A stretch of DNA of 64,000 bases. It comes from an uncultured Actinomycetes bacterium. GTDB lineage: Bacteria; Actinomycetota; Thermoleophilia; Gaiellales; Gaiellaceae. Each line of letters starts with the position of its first letter. Within the stretch, counting starts at the first letter, position 1. The DNA is taken from positions 226,145 through 290,144 of the forward strand of contig CAVTSL010000005.1 in NCBI GenBank assembly GCA_963737405.1, written 5' to 3'. Shown here one piece after another: positions 32,398-42,887 of the stretch. The position numbers and the translations under genes were made by a program. The notes beneath the pieces were generated by a model that saw nothing but the letters and a program-made list of their open reading frames with translations, made no database searches and was not told where the DNA came from.

Positions 32398-33770
32398 ACC
32401 GCGGCGCGCTCCAGCAGCCGGACGATGCCCGCGACGGGGATCGGGACCCACGACGGGCGGTTGTCGAGCTCGTAGCGCAGCTCGTACACGGCTTTCTCGA
32501 GCTCGAACACGGCGAGCAGCCGCTCGAAGGAGGAGCCGGACGGGATGAGCGACGAGTCGACCTCCGCGAGGTACCCGAGCAGGAACGCATCGCGCGCCCG
32601 CTCCTCCCACCCGTCGGGCGGCTCGACGCCGTGCTCGATCCGCGCGGCGCTCGCGGCGTACGCGAACGAGCGGAGCATCCCGGCGACGTCGCGCAGCGGC
32701 GAGCGCTTGCGGCGCCTGTCGACGATCGGCCGCGCCGGCTCGCCCTCGAAGTCGAGGATCACCCAGCCGTCGCCCGTCCAGAGCGCCTGGCCGAGGTGGT
32801 AGTCGCCGTGCGTGCGGATGATCTTCCCGACGTCGCCCGCGTGCGAGAGGCCGCGCAGCTGCTCGCGCACCTCCTCGCCGCGCCCGAGGATGGGCTCGAG
32901 CTCCGGCGCATCGGGCAGCGAGACGAACAGCTCCTCGATCTCCTCGTCGACGCTCGCGGTCAGCAGGCCGAGCGACTCGTTGCTCGGTTCCTCCGGCGCG
33001 AAGCTCGGGTCGGAGTAGTCCGAGGCGAGCACCGTGTGCATCGCGCCGGACACCTCGCCGAGCACGCGCAGGCGCTCGACGAACTCGTCGCTCCAGCCCT
33101 CGCGGAGCGACTGCAGCGCGAGCTCCCAGCCGTCTCCGTCTCCCGGCACGTAGTCCTGCGCGATCGCGAGCGTCGCCTCGACGGGCGTCCCGCGGTACGA
33201 CGCCCAGCCCTGCAGCGACGCGATCGAGGGGAAGCCGCGCTCGGTCAGGAAGCGCAGCAGCTCGAGCTCGGGGTTCACGCCGGCCTCGATCCGGCGGTAC
33301 GACTTCAGCACGAGCGCGTCGTCGAACACGAGCGAGCTGTTCGACTGCTCCCGGCCCATCGGGCGCACCTGCTCGAGCGAGCCGTCGGCGCCGGGCCCGC
33401 GGAACTCGACCATCGCCTCGCCGCCGGCGACGTCCAGCTCGGCGCGCATCGCGCGAACGAGCTCGCGCGCGAGCTCGGGGTCTGCCAGCGCGTCGTACAC
33501 CCTCCAGCCCTCGACCTCGGCGATCGCGTCGTCCCACTCGCGCCGGAAGCCGAGCGGCACGTGGTAGAGCTCGTGCGTCCCCGGGTGGAAGCGGATCTCG
33601 ACGAGCGCGAGCGCGAGCATCGGCTCCTCCGTCCGGACGACCGGTGCCGCGATCACCTGGAAGTGCGCGATCTCGCGCGACTTCGCCCCGAACCAGCGCT
33701 GCGCGAGCACGAACTCGCGGAGCGAGTCCTCCGGGACGGAGAGCGCGAGGTGATGCGTGAAGGCGGTCAC
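32394..33770 (-). CDS. mak: maltokinase (maltose 1-phosphate-forming)
   Basis: GTG at 33770 overlaps the treS stop (GTGA). 458 aa. Kinase-like core [13 protein letters not shown]...ILDFEGEP, and C-terminal [14 protein letters not shown]. Confidence 0.85.
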
Positions 33771-35461
33771 TCGTCCCCCTCCTGCTCGGGCTGGCGCAGC
33801 TGGAACCAGAAGAACCCGCGCGGCGCGAGCGTCAAGAGGTACGACAGGTCGCCGACCGCCGGAAACGACGTCCGGCCGAACATCTCCTCGGGGACCATCC
33901 CGCTGAAGCGTGACAGGTCGAGCTCGACCGCCTGGGCGGAGCGCGCGACATTGTGCACGCAGAGCACGATGTCGTCCTCGTAGCGCCGCACGTGCGCGAA
34001 GATCCGCGGGTTCGAGGTCTCGAGCGGCTCGTACGTCCCGAGGCCGAACACCGGATGCTGCTTGCGGAGCGCGATGAAGCGCCGGATCCAGCGCAGGAGC
34101 GACGTCGGCGTGCGCAGCTGCGCCTCGACGTTCACCGCCTGGTAGCCGTAGACCGGATCCATCAGCGGCGGCAGATAGAGCTGCGCGAAGTCGGCGCGCG
34201 AGAAGCCGCCGTTCCGGTCGCCCGTCCACTGCATCGGCGTGCGGACGCCGTCGCGGTCGCCGAGGAAGATGTTGTCGCCCATCCCGATCTCGTCCCCGTA
34301 GTAGAGAACGGGTGAGCCCGGGAGCGAGAACATGATCGCGTGCAGCAGCTGGATCTCGTCGCGGCCGCTGTCCATCAGCGGCGCGAGGCGGCGGCGGATG
34401 CCGAGGTTCAGCTTCATCCGCGGATCCTTCGCGTACTCGTCGTACATGTAGTCGCGCTCGTCGTTCGTGACCATCTCGAGCGTCAGCTCGTCGTGGTTGC
34501 GCAGGAAGAGACCCCACTGGCAGTTGTCCGGGATCGCGGGCGTGCGCTCGAGGATCTCGTAGATCGGCGTCGCGTCCTCGCGCCGCAGCGACATGAACAT
34601 GCGCGGCATGACGGGGAAGTGGAAGCACATGTGGCACTCGTCGCCGTTGCCGAAGTACTCGACGACGTCCTCGGGCCACTGGTTCGCCTCCGCGAGCAGC
34701 ACCTTGTCGGGGTAGCTCGCGTCGACCTCGGCGCGGACGCGCTTCAGGTAGTCGTGCGTCTCGGGCAGGTTCTCGCCGTTCGTCCCGTCGCGCTCGTAGA
34801 GGTACGGGATCGCGTCCATCCGGAAGCCGTCGCTGCCGAGATCGAGCCAGAACCGCAAGACGTCGAGCATCGCCTCCTGGACTGCGGGGTTGTCGTAGTT
34901 CAGGTCCGGCTGGTGCGAGAAGAAGCGGTGCCAGTAGTACTGGCCGCGCACGGGATCCCACGTCCAGTTCGAGGGCTCCGTGTCGACGAAGATGATGCGC
35001 GCGTCCTGCCACGGCTCGTCGCTGTCCGACCAGACGTACCAGTCGCCGTACGGGCCGTCGGGATCGGTGCGCGAGGCCTGGAACCACGGGTGGTCCGCCG
35101 AGGTGTGGTTCATCACGAGATCGGCGATGACGCGGATCCCGCGCTGGTGCGCGGCCTCGACGAGCAGGCGGAAGTCCTCGACCGTCCCGTAGTCCTCGTG
35201 CACGTTGTTGAAGTCGGCGATGTCGTAGCCGCCGTCGCGGAGCGGCGACGGGTAGAGCGGCAGCAGCCAGATGCAGTCGATCCCGAGCCACTGGAGGTAG
35301 TCGAGCTTGTCCGTCACGCCGCGCAGGTCGCCCGAGCCGTCGTCGTTCCCGTCGAAGAACGCGCGCGTGTGGATCTCGTAGAAGACGGCGTGCTTGAACC
35401 AGTGCGGGTCGCTCTCGAACCAGCGTCCGGGCTCCGCGGCGCGCTCGACGGTCTCGGTCAC
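33767..35461 (-). CDS. treS: trehalose synthase (maltose alpha-D-glucosyltransferase)
   Basis: GTG at 35461 overlaps the glgE stop. 564 aa. Motifs [33 protein letters not shown] and [11 protein letters not shown]. Confidence 0.92.
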   Translation of the reverse strand: MTETVERAAEPGRWFESDPHWFKHAVFYEIHTRAFFDGNDDGSGDLRGVTDKLDYLQWLGIDCIWLLPLYPSPLRDGGYDIADFNNVHEDYGTVEDFRLLVEAAHQRGIRVIADLVMNHTSADHPWFQASRTDPDGPYGDWYVWSDSDEPWQDARIIFVDTEPSNWTWDPVRGQYYWHRFFSHQPDLNYDNPAVQEAMLDVLRFWLDLGSDGFRMDAIPYLYERDGTNGENLPETHDYLKRVRAEVDASYPDKVLLAEANQWPEDVVEYFGNGDECHMCFHFPVMPRMFMSLRREDATPIYEILERTPAIPDNCQWGLFLRNHDELTLEMVTNDERDYMYDEYAKDPRMKLNLGIRRRLAPLMDSGRDEIQLLHAIMFSLPGSPVLYYGDEIGMGDNIFLGDRDGVRTPMQWTGDRNGGFSRADFAQLYLPPLMDPVYGYQAVNVEAQLRTPTSLLRWIRRFIALRKQHPVFGLGTYEPLETSNPRIFAHVRRYEDDIVLCVHNVARSAQAVELDLSRFSGMVPEEMFGRTSFPAVGDLSYLLTLAPRGFFWFQLRQPEQEGDE

Positions 35462-37269
35462 GACCCCACCCGCAGCACGTGGCTCTGGCCCGGGTCGAGC
35501 CGCACGTAGTTGCGCCCGGTCTGCCACGTGAACGCTTCGTCGGCGAGGAGCTCCTGTGCGCGGAACGTCGGCGCCAGGCCGAGCGCCGCCGGCAGCACCG
35601 CGACTCCTTCGCGCGCCTCGAACGGATCGGTGTTCACGACCACGACGACCATGTTGTCCCCTCGGCGCTTCGCGTACGCGAAGAGGTACTCGCTCTCGGT
35701 CTCGATCAGCGTCAGGTTCGCGAAGCGCTGCAGCGCCGGGTTCGCGCGGCGGATCTCGTTCAGGCGGCGGACGAGCGGCAGCAGCTCGCCGTCGAGCTTC
35801 CGTTTCTTGACCTCGTACTTCTCGGAGTCGAGGTACTCCTCGCTTCCGTCGCGCACCGGCACGTTCTCCAGGTTCTCGAACCCGGAGTAGATGCCGTACG
35901 TCGGGCTGAGCGTCGTCGCGAGCACGAGCCGCGCCTCGAACGCGGGACGTCCGCCCTCCTGGAGGTACGCGTGGAGGATGTCCGGCGTGTTCACGAACAG
36001 GTTGGGCCGGTAGAAGTCGCTCCAGTCGAGGAGCTGCTCGACGAACTCCTTCAGCTCCCAGCGCGTGTTCTTCCACGTGAAGTAGGTGTACGACTGGCTG
36101 AAGCCGATCTTCGCGAGCGTCGTCATCATCGCCGGCCGCGTGAACGCCTCCGAGAGGAACAGGACGTCGGGATGCTCGCCGCGCACCTCGTCGATCAGCC
36201 ACTCCCAGAACGGGATCGGCTTCGTGTGCGGGTTGTCGACGCGGAAGATCCGCACGCCGCGCTCGACCCACGTCAGCACGACGTCGCGCAGCGCGTCCCA
36301 GAGCCCCCGCCAGTCCTCCGAGCCGAAGTTGACGTTGTAGATGTCCTGATACTTCTTCGGCGGGTTCTCCGCGTACTTCAGCGTCCCGTCGGGGCGGCGG
36401 TGGAACCACTCGGGGTGCGCGGCGAGCCACGGATGGTCCGGCGACGTCTGGATCGCGAAGTCGATGCAGACCTCGCAGCCGACCTCGCGGCCGCGCGCGA
36501 CCATGCGCTCGAACTCCTCGAGCGTCCCGAGCTCGGGATGGACGGCCTCGTGCCCACCTTCGGCCGCGCCGATCGCCCACGGGCTGCCGACGTCGCCGCG
36601 CTCCGGCGTGAGCGTGTTGTTCCGTCCCTTCCGGTTCGTCGTCCCGATCGGGTGCACCGGCGGGAGGTAGACGACGTCGAAGCCGAGCTCCGCGAGCTCC
36701 GGCAGCACGCGCTCGACGCCCTTGAAGCCGCCGAACGAGCGCGGGAAGAGCTCGTACCACGCGCCGAACGCGCCGCGTTCGCGGTCGACGTCGAGCTCGA
36801 ACGTCTGCGACGGCGTCTTCTCGCTGCGGTCGCCGGCCTTCGCCTCGAGCGCCTCCTCGACGGTGAGCGACTCGAGGCCGAGGAGCGACGCGCCCTCGGT
36901 GAGCTCGGAGCTCAGATCCTCCTGGCCGGCCTCGTGCTTCCGCTTGATCTCCCACTGGTACGACGCGATCCGGTCGAGCCACGCCTCGATCCGATACGTC
37001 CACCGCCCCGGCTCGTCGACCTCGAAGCCGCCCTCGAAGGTGTCGTTGCCGACCGGCTGGAGCGGCGACTCCTGCCAGCGCGTCGCGCCCGGCCGCTTGA
37101 ACCGAACCGCCGCGCCGAGCACCTCGTGCCCGTCGCGCGCGATCGTCGCGGACACGTCGACCCGGTCACCCGCAACCGCCTTGACCGCGTACCGTCCGCA
37201 GTCCACCTGCGGGCGGACGTCCTGGATCAGGATGCGCGCGGGAGCGTTCTTGGGTTTTGGAGCAGGCAT
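35458..37269 (-). CDS. glgE: alpha-1,4-glucan:maltose-1-phosphate maltosyltransferase
   Basis: ATG at 37269 gives 603 aa. Motifs [38 protein letters not shown] and [10 protein letters not shown]. Confidence 0.92.
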   Translation of the reverse strand: MPAPKPKNAPARILIQDVRPQVDCGRYAVKAVAGDRVDVSATIARDGHEVLGAAVRFKRPGATRWQESPLQPVGNDTFEGGFEVDEPGRWTYRIEAWLDRIASYQWEIKRKHEAGQEDLSSELTEGASLLGLESLTVEEALEAKAGDRSEKTPSQTFELDVDRERGAFGAWYELFPRSFGGFKGVERVLPELAELGFDVVYLPPVHPIGTTNRKGRNNTLTPERGDVGSPWAIGAAEGGHEAVHPELGTLEEFERMVARGREVGCEVCIDFAIQTSPDHPWLAAHPEWFHRRPDGTLKYAENPPKKYQDIYNVNFGSEDWRGLWDALRDVVLTWVERGVRIFRVDNPHTKPIPFWEWLIDEVRGEHPDVLFLSEAFTRPAMMTTLAKIGFSQSYTYFTWKNTRWELKEFVEQLLDWSDFYRPNLFVNTPDILHAYLQEGGRPAFEARLVLATTLSPTYGIYSGFENLENVPVRDGSEEYLDSEKYEVKKRKLDGELLPLVRRLNEIRRANPALQRFANLTLIETESEYLFAYAKRRGDNMVVVVVNTDPFEAREGVAVLPAALGLAPTFRAQELLADEAFTWQTGRNYVRLDPGQSHVLRVGS

Positions 37270-37308
37270 GTCGGTGAGTCGTACCGAGATTGAGCGAGGT
37301 CTGAACGC

Positions 37309-38508
37309 GTGAAGCTTCCCCGTTCGAGCGGGATCCTGCTGCACCCAACCTCCCTGCCCGGGGGCCGGCTCGGGCCGGAGGCGTACGCGTTCGTGGACTG
37401 GCTCGCGGCGGCGGGGCAGTCGTGGTGGCAGGTCCTGCCGCTCGGACCCCCTGACGAGGTCGGCTCGCCGTACAAGTCGCCGTCGGCGTTCGCGGGCTGG
37501 GCCGGGCTGCTCGACGAGCCCGAGGCGGCGGTGACGACGGACGAGCTCGAGGACTTCCTCGCTCGCGAGTCGTACTGGATCGCGGACTGGGCCGCCTTCG
37601 CGGGCGGCGACGCAATCGCCGACCAGGTGCGCTTCGAGCGCGAGTGGACCGCGCTCCGCGCGTACGCGCACGGGCGCGGCGTCCGGCTGATCGGCGACCT
37701 GCCGATCTACGTCGCCCCGGGCAGCGCCGACCACCGCTCGCACCCCGAGCTGTTCCAGGACGACTTCGTGGCAGGCGTCCCGCCGGACGAGTTCACCGAC
37801 GACGGGCAGCTCTGGCGCAACCCGCTCTACGACTGGCCCGCACTGCGTGCGCAGGGCTTCCGCTGGTGGCTCGAGCGCTTTCGCCGGACGTTCGAGCTCG
37901 TCGACCTCACCCGCGTCGACCACTTCCGCGGCTACGTCGCGTACTGGGCCGTCCCGGCCGACGCGGAGACGGCGAAGGACGGCGAGTGGCGACCCGGGCC
38001 CGGCCCCGAGCTCTTCGAGGCCGTCCGCGAGGACGTCGGCGACCTGCCCGTGATCGCCGAGGACCTCGGCGTGATCACGCCGGCGGTCGAGCGCCTGCGC
38101 GACGAGCTCGGCCTCCCCGGCATGCACGTCATGCAGTGGGCGTTCGTCGACGACGTGAAGAGCCCGCACCGGATCGAGAACCACCGCGAGAACGGCGTCG
38201 TCTACACGGGGACGCACGACAACGACACGACGCTCGGCTGGTGGCGCTCGCTCGACTCGGCGGAGCGCACGGCGACCGGGCTCGACGCGCGGGACCCCGC
38301 GTGGTCGCTGATCGAGCGCGCCTTCTCGTCCCCCGCGGTGCTCGCGGTCGTCCCTCTGCAGGACGTGCTCTCTCTGGGCAGCGACGCGCGGATGAACGTG
38401 CCCGGGAGCGAGACCGGCAACTGGCGGTGGCAGCTCGAGTCGGGAGCGCTCACGCCGGAGCTCGCCGCGCGGCTGCGCGCGGCGACCGAGGAGGCGGGGC
38501 GCGCGTGA
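37309..38508 (+). CDS. malQ: 4-alpha-glucanotransferase (amylomaltase, compact form)
   Basis: 399 aa. Motifs SGILLHPTSLPG, WQVLPLGP, LIGDLPIYV, RVDHFRG, IAEDLG and YTGTHDNDT. Confidence 0.88.
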   Translation: MKLPRSSGILLHPTSLPGGRLGPEAYAFVDWLAAAGQSWWQVLPLGPPDEVGSPYKSPSAFAGWAGLLDEPEAAVTTDELEDFLARESYWIADWAAFAGGDAIADQVRFEREWTALRAYAHGRGVRLIGDLPIYVAPGSADHRSHPELFQDDFVAGVPPDEFTDDGQLWRNPLYDWPALRAQGFRWWLERFRRTFELVDLTRVDHFRGYVAYWAVPADAETAKDGEWRPGPGPELFEAVREDVGDLPVIAEDLGVITPAVERLRDELGLPGMHVMQWAFVDDVKSPHRIENHRENGVVYTGTHDNDTTLGWWRSLDSAERTATGLDARDPAWSLIERAFSSPAVLAVVPLQDVLSLGSDARMNVPGSETGNWRWQLESGALTPELAARLRAATEEAGRA

Positions 38509-39155
38509 TCCTCGAGACGCTCGCCGCAGCGCTGATCTGCCTCGACCCGGGCCACGGCACCGTGCCGTCGGTGGGAGCACAGCGCGAGCCGATCGGCCCC
38601 GGCTCGAAGACGCTGAAGATCAAGGATCCGGGCGGCACCGCCGGCGAGGCGCCCGTCGCGCTCGCGATCGCACGCCGGACGCGGGCGCTCCTGCTCGCGC
38701 GCGGCTACCGCGTCGCGATGACCCGCAACGGCCCGGGGTACACCGGCGGGAACGTCGAGCGCGCGCGCTTCTGCAACGAACGGCACGCGGCGTTGATGAT
38801 CCGCATCCACGCCGACGGCTCCACGAGCAGCTCGCAGCGCGGCGCGCACACGCTCTACCCCGCGCTCCGCCGCGGGTGGACCGACGACGTCTACCGGCCG
38901 AGTCTGCTCGCAGCGACGCTCGTGCAGCGGGAGCTCGTGCGGGCCACCGGCGCGCGGGACCTCGGGCTCCAGCGCCGTTCCGATCTGACCGGCTTCAACT
39001 GGGCCGACGTGCCGGTCGTCCTCACCGAGGTCGGCTTCCTCACGAACCCGGCGGAGTCGCGCCTCCTGCACTCGTCGGCGTACCAGCAACGCGTCGCACG
39101 CGGACTTGCTGCAGGAGCCGAGTCGTATCTGGCAAAAAGAGCAAATCGCGACTAG
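38505..39155 (+). CDS. N-acetylmuramoyl-L-alanine amidase (Amidase_3)
   Basis: GTG at 38505 overlaps the malQ stop (GTGA). Motifs LDPGHG, IRIHADG and LTEVGFLTN. Confidence 0.8.
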   Translation: MILETLAAALICLDPGHGTVPSVGAQREPIGPGSKTLKIKDPGGTAGEAPVALAIARRTRALLLARGYRVAMTRNGPGYTGGNVERARFCNERHAALMIRIHADGSTSSSQRGAHTLYPALRRGWTDDVYRPSLLAATLVQRELVRATGARDLGLQRRSDLTGFNWADVPVVLTEVGFLTNPAESRLLHSSAYQQRVARGLAAGAESYLAKRANRD

Positions 39156-39235
39156 GTTGAGAGCGTCCTAGCAGGTCGGAGAGCGAAGGGTCGTCCAGTG
39201 GCCGCAGCGGGGATTGCTGGACTGCGGCGGAGGGG

Positions 39236-40453
39236 GTGACGGTGTCGAGCGCCGAGGCACGCCGCGCTGTAAACGAGGCCGCGCTCGCCCGTGACCGCAC
39301 GGCGCTCGTCGCCGTGGCCGCCTCCATGCCCGCGACCCAGGCGTTCGCCTACGAGCGCCGGCGCGCCCGCGCGTATGCGCACGCGCTCGACGGCAATCCC
39401 GACTTCGCGCTCGCGGAGCTCAGCCTCGCGGCCGCCGCGGAGCCGCCGAGCGCGGCGACGCTCGCGGCCGACTCGGCGCAGCTCCACCTGCTCCTCGGCG
39501 ACCCTGCGCGGGCGGTGGCCTCACTCGAGGGAGCCGCGCGCGCCGAGCAGGCGCTCGACCCGCACGCGGGCGCCGTGCTCGTGGCGGCGATCCGCGAGGC
39601 GCCTGCGTCCTGGTTCCGCGGCGTCCGCGCCGCGTTCCACGGCGGCAGCCTGCGCACGACGGCAGCGGCGCTCGGCGCGGCGTTCGACACCGTGGCCGAC
39701 CGGACGGTCTTCCGTGCCGGGATCGCGACCGCGGCGCTCGCGGCTGCGGTGCTCTCGTTCTTCACGCTCCCGAACCTCTTCTTCGACGACACGTCCTCGC
39801 CGCGGAGCGGCGTCACGACGCCGCGCTTCGCCGCGCCGCCGGACGTGGTCGTCGCGAGCGTCCCGGAGGCGAACCCCGAGCCGGTGGCGCCCGACCGCGC
39901 GACCCGCGACCGGACGAGCCCGAGCCCGAATCTCGCGTCGGCGACGACGACGCTCGTCAGCTTCGGCGCGGAGCCGCCTGCGGGCGGAACGGCAGAGCAG
40001 CAGCCCTCGCCCGGTCGTCCGCGAACGTCGCGCCCGGGACGTGACCCGGCGCCCCCGCCCGTACCCGCACCCACGCCGGCCCCCACGCCCGAGCCGTCGC
40101 CCGCTCCCGCGCCGGCACCGGCGCCGGCTCCGGTTCCGACGGACCTCCCGGTCGCGGCGGCCGCGCCGGCAACGCCGCCGGCCCCCGCAGCCGCGCCCCA
40201 GCCCGTCGTCGAGCGCAAGAAGGCAAAGGGCAAAGAGCACGCCCCGGGTCAGCAGAAGAAGCGCGACACGGTCGCCGAGCCGCCCGAGCGGCCCGCCGCG
40301 TCCCCGCCGCCTCCCGCGGCGCCCGCCGCCGCGCCGACGCCCGCAGCAGCCGAGTGTGAGCCCGAGCAGCAGCCGGCGCGCGAAGACGACAAGGAGCACG
40401 GCCGCGACAAGGGCGACGAGAAGGAGAAGCACCGCGAGAAGGGCGACGACTAA
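39236..40453 (+). CDS. hypothetical membrane protein with a Pro/Ala-rich low-complexity region and a Lys/Asp/Glu-rich tail
   Basis: 405 aa. One TM helix (IATAALAAAVLSFFTL), PAPTPAPTPEPSPAPAPAPAPAP repeats and a charged C-terminus. Codon bias is compatible with coding. No recognisable domain. Confidence 0.55.
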   Translation: MTVSSAEARRAVNEAALARDRTALVAVAASMPATQAFAYERRRARAYAHALDGNPDFALAELSLAAAAEPPSAATLAADSAQLHLLLGDPARAVASLEGAARAEQALDPHAGAVLVAAIREAPASWFRGVRAAFHGGSLRTTAAALGAAFDTVADRTVFRAGIATAALAAAVLSFFTLPNLFFDDTSSPRSGVTTPRFAAPPDVVVASVPEANPEPVAPDRATRDRTSPSPNLASATTTLVSFGAEPPAGGTAEQQPSPGRPRTSRPGRDPAPPPVPAPTPAPTPEPSPAPAPAPAPAPVPTDLPVAAAAPATPPAPAAAPQPVVERKKAKGKEHAPGQQKKRDTVAEPPERPAASPPPPAAPAAAPTPAAAECEPEQQPAREDDKEHGRDKGDEKEKHREKGDD

Positions 40454-40529
40454 GCCGGTTTGTCGCCGAAAGGCCCCGGGTACGCGGCTTCCGTCCTAGC
40501 AAGGCCAAGCGAACCGAGGGGGTCACGAC

Positions 40530-40598
40530 GTGTACATCGGACTCGGAACCGTGCTCGTCATCGTCCTGATCGTGCTGCTGATCTACCTGCTGGCGTGA
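40530..40598 (+). CDS. 22-aa hydrophobic micropeptide (candidate)
   Basis: GTG at 40530 preceded by GAGGGGG. Encodes MYIGLGTVLVIVLIVLLIYLLA, a single TM helix. Too short to appear in the ORF track. Followed by a hairpin at 40622-40647. Confidence 0.35.
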   Translation: MYIGLGTVLVIVLIVLLIYLLA

Positions 40599-40963
40599 CG
40601 ACGATCCTCAGCCGGCACCGCGAAGGGCGGCTTCTCGGCCGCCTTTCGTCTACCTAGGACTCCTGACTCGCCGCGCATCCGCTCGAGCGCGGCGCGGCCG
40701 CGGACGTGCACGTCCTGGCGGCGCACCTCGGGATCGGCCTCGTCGAGCGGCGTCTCCGCCTCTTCGAAGACCTCGCGCTCGTCCACGACCTCGCGCGACT
40801 CCGCGATCCGCCGGCGCAGCTCGTCGGCACGCGGATCGGCCTCCGGCTCGGGCGGCGCGACCGGCGCGGGCGCGCTCGCTGAGGGCGTCTGCCGGAGGAA
40901 GCGGGCGAAGAGCGCGACCGCGATCCCGGCTCCTGCGACCAGCCACGCGACCCGGCTTCGCAT
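40583..40963 (-). CDS. hypothetical membrane-anchored acidic protein
   Basis: ATG at 40963. N-terminal TM helix VAWLVAGAGIAVALFA, then an acidic region. The 3' end is uncertain. The listed frame reads through the 40622-40647 hairpin, while both other frames stop (TAG) just before it. Confidence 0.5.
   Translation of the reverse strand: MRSRVAWLVAGAGIAVALFARFLRQTPSASAPAPVAPPEPEADPRADELRRRIAESREVVDEREVFEEAETPLDEADPEVRRQDVHVRGRAALERMRGESGVLGRRKAAEKPPFAVPAEDRRHASR
40622..40647. terminator. GC-rich hairpin between convergent genes (candidate bidirectional terminator)
   Basis: GAAGGGCGG pairs with CCGCCTTTC (9 bp, one G-T), with an 8-nt loop. No strong U tract. Confidence 0.35.
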
Positions 40964-41077
40964 CGGGGCGATGCTACACTGCCCGCCGCTTCTCGCTCCG
41001 TCCCGCGCCGTGACTCTTCCCGAGCGGCGCAGGCAGGCGGAGCCGCCTAAGACCGAGAGAAGAGGAGGTATCGGGGA

Positions 41078-41449
41078 GTGAGAACCGAGTACGAGATTCT
41101 GCTGATGCTCGATCCGGAGGCACCGGAGGAGCGCCAGAACGAGATCCTCGAGCGGGCACGCGCGCTCGTCGAAAGCGGCGGCGGCACGTGGGATCGCCAC
41201 GAGCCGTGGGGCCGGCGCCGGCTCGCCTACGAGATCGGGCACAAGGACGAGGGCGTCTACCACCTGTTCGAGTTCACGTCCGAGCCGGAGACGCTCGACG
41301 AGCTCTCGCGCATCCTCAAGATCACCGACGGCGTGATGCGCCACATGGCGGTCCGTCGTGTCCAGCGCAGTCCGGCCCGGCCGGTAGCGCGGACGGCGCG
41401 CGACGGGCAGGATGCTCGCGAGCCTGTCACCCAGTCGGTCGAGGAGTAG
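41078..41449 (+). CDS. rpsF: 30S ribosomal protein S6
   Basis: YEILLMLDPE...WGRRRLAYEI...GVYHLFEF, followed by ssb-rpsR-rplI. Confidence 0.92.
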   Translation: MRTEYEILLMLDPEAPEERQNEILERARALVESGGGTWDRHEPWGRRRLAYEIGHKDEGVYHLFEFTSEPETLDELSRILKITDGVMRHMAVRRVQRSPARPVARTARDGQDAREPVTQSVEE

Positions 41450-41461
41450 GAGGAGAAGCAC

Positions 41462-41890
41462 ATGGCGAACATCAACCGGGTCATCCTGGTCGGCAACCTC
41501 ACGCGCGATCCCGAGCTTCGGCACACGCCGAGCGGGACGTCGGTCTGCAAGCTGCGCCTCGCGGTGAACAGCCGCCAGAAGGACGCCTCGACCGGCGAGT
41601 GGGGAGAGAAGCCGAACTACTTCGACGTCACCGTCTGGGGGAACCAGGGCGAGAACTGCGCCAAGTTCCTCTCGAAGGGCCGCCCCGTCGGGATCGACGG
41701 CCGGCTCGACTGGCGCGAGTGGGAGGCGCAGGACGGCACCAAGCGCCAGGCCGTCGAGATCATCGCCGACACCGTGCAGTTCCTCGGCAGCCGCGAGGGC
41801 GGCGGCGAAGGCGAGCGGCAGTTCGTCCCCGCGGGCGCGGCGACCGACGACTTCGCGCCGACCGGCACCGACGACGACATCCCCTTCTAG
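41462..41890 (+). CDS. ssb: single-stranded DNA-binding protein
   Basis: [22 protein letters not shown] fold, with the acidic tip DDDIPF. Confidence 0.95.
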   Translation: MANINRVILVGNLTRDPELRHTPSGTSVCKLRLAVNSRQKDASTGEWGEKPNYFDVTVWGNQGENCAKFLSKGRPVGIDGRLDWREWEAQDGTKRQAVEIIADTVQFLGSREGGGEGERQFVPAGAATDDFAPTGTDDDIPF

Positions 41891-41900
41891 CGAGGTACAC

Positions 41901-42164
41901 GTGGCGAAGCAGCAGGAACAGCGAGGGCGGAAGCGACCGCCGATCGGAGGCCCGCAGCGGAAGCGCAACTGCTTCTTCTGCAAGGACAAGATCGACGAGG
42001 TCGACTACAAGAACATCAACCAGCTCCGGCGGTACATCTCGGAGAAGGGCAAGATCCGCTCCCGGCGGATCACTGGCGCGTGCCGGCGCCACCAGAACCA
42101 GGTCTCGGTGGCAGTGAAGCGGGCGCGCGAGATGGCGCTCCTGCCGTACGTGGGCGAACGCTAG
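41901..42164 (+). CDS. rpsR: 30S ribosomal protein S18
   Basis: [36 protein letters not shown]. Confidence 0.95.
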   Translation: MAKQQEQRGRKRPPIGGPQRKRNCFFCKDKIDEVDYKNINQLRRYISEKGKIRSRRITGACRRHQNQVSVAVKRAREMALLPYVGER

Positions 42165-42851
42165 ATGGACGTCATCCTCCGGCAGGACATCGACAAGGTC
42201 GGTCTGCGCGGCGACGTGGTCAACGTCGCGCGCGGTTACGCGCGGAACTTCCTCCTGCCGCGCGGTCTCGCCGAGGAGGCGACGCCGGCGAAGGTCGCCG
42301 AGCTCCGGAAGCGCGAGGAGCAGCGCGCCCGCCATGAGGCGCAGAGCTTCGAGCAGGCGCGTGAGATGGCCGACACGCTGAACGAGGCCGTGCTCCGCTT
42401 CGAGGTGAAGTCGGGGCCGACGGGCGCGCTCTTCGGCTCGGTCACGCCGACGGACATCGTCGACCAGATCTGGCGCGAGAAGAAGATCCGCGTCGACCGC
42501 CGCAAGGTCGGGATCGACAACATCAAGCGGATCGGGCGCCACACGGTGCCGATCCAGCTCTTCACCGACGTCGAGGTCGAGGTCGAGACCCTCGTCGTGC
42601 CCGAGGGCGGCGAGCTGCCGCCCGAGGAGGAGCTCGCGGCGATGGAGGCCGCCGCGCGCGCCGAGGAGGAGGCCGCCGCCGCGGTCGCCGAAGCCGAGCA
42701 CGAGGAGGCGGAGGAGCTCGTCGCCGAGGCGGAGGTCGAGGCCGAGGCGGAGGTCGACGAGGTTGCGGCTCCGGCGGACGAGGCTCCTGCGGACGACACG
42801 CCGGCGGACGAGAGTCCGGGCCCGCCCGACACCGAACCCGAGCCGAGTTAG
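42165..42851 (+). CDS. rplI: 50S ribosomal protein L9 with an about 80-aa acidic C-terminal extension
   Basis: MDVILRQDIDKVGLRGDVVNVARGYARNFLLPRGLA. The canonical domain ends near residue 146. An E/A/P/D-rich tail follows to residue 228. Confidence 0.92.
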   Translation: MDVILRQDIDKVGLRGDVVNVARGYARNFLLPRGLAEEATPAKVAELRKREEQRARHEAQSFEQAREMADTLNEAVLRFEVKSGPTGALFGSVTPTDIVDQIWREKKIRVDRRKVGIDNIKRIGRHTVPIQLFTDVEVEVETLVVPEGGELPPEEELAAMEAAARAEEEAAAAVAEAEHEEAEELVAEAEVEAEAEVDEVAAPADEAPADDTPADESPGPPDTEPEPS

Positions 42852-42861
42852 CACCGACTCG

Positions 42862-42887
42862 TCCACAGGCGCGCACGCGCCTGTGGA
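42862..42887 (+). terminator. perfect 12-bp inverted repeat after rplI (candidate intrinsic terminator)
   Basis: TCCACAGGCGCG-CA-CGCGCCTGTGGA begins 11 nt after the rplI stop and is followed by TTC. Confidence 0.5.

Noticed and set aside
35458-38580. Long N-terminal extensions of real genes in the ORF track. Examples: glgE as 1040 aa, treS as 1078 aa, mak as 965 aa, glgB as 1003 aa, selA as 713 aa and treY as 849 aa.
   Set aside because: Homology begins at internal ATG or GTG codons that coincide with the upstream gene's stop (4-nt overlaps). The upstream parts overlap the preceding gene out of frame and are compositionally aberrant.
40650-40946. 98-aa minus-strand ORF overlapping the 126-aa hypothetical gene.
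   Set aside because: It is a pure Arg/Ala/Gly/Pro-rich translation in an alternative frame of the more plausible TM-plus-acidic protein.
40964-41077. Promoter (TACACT at 40975-40980) and an S6:S18-binding leader upstream of rpsF.
   Set aside because: I could not find a -35 element at sensible spacing. The leader motif cannot be verified by eye, so it is not reported as a feature.
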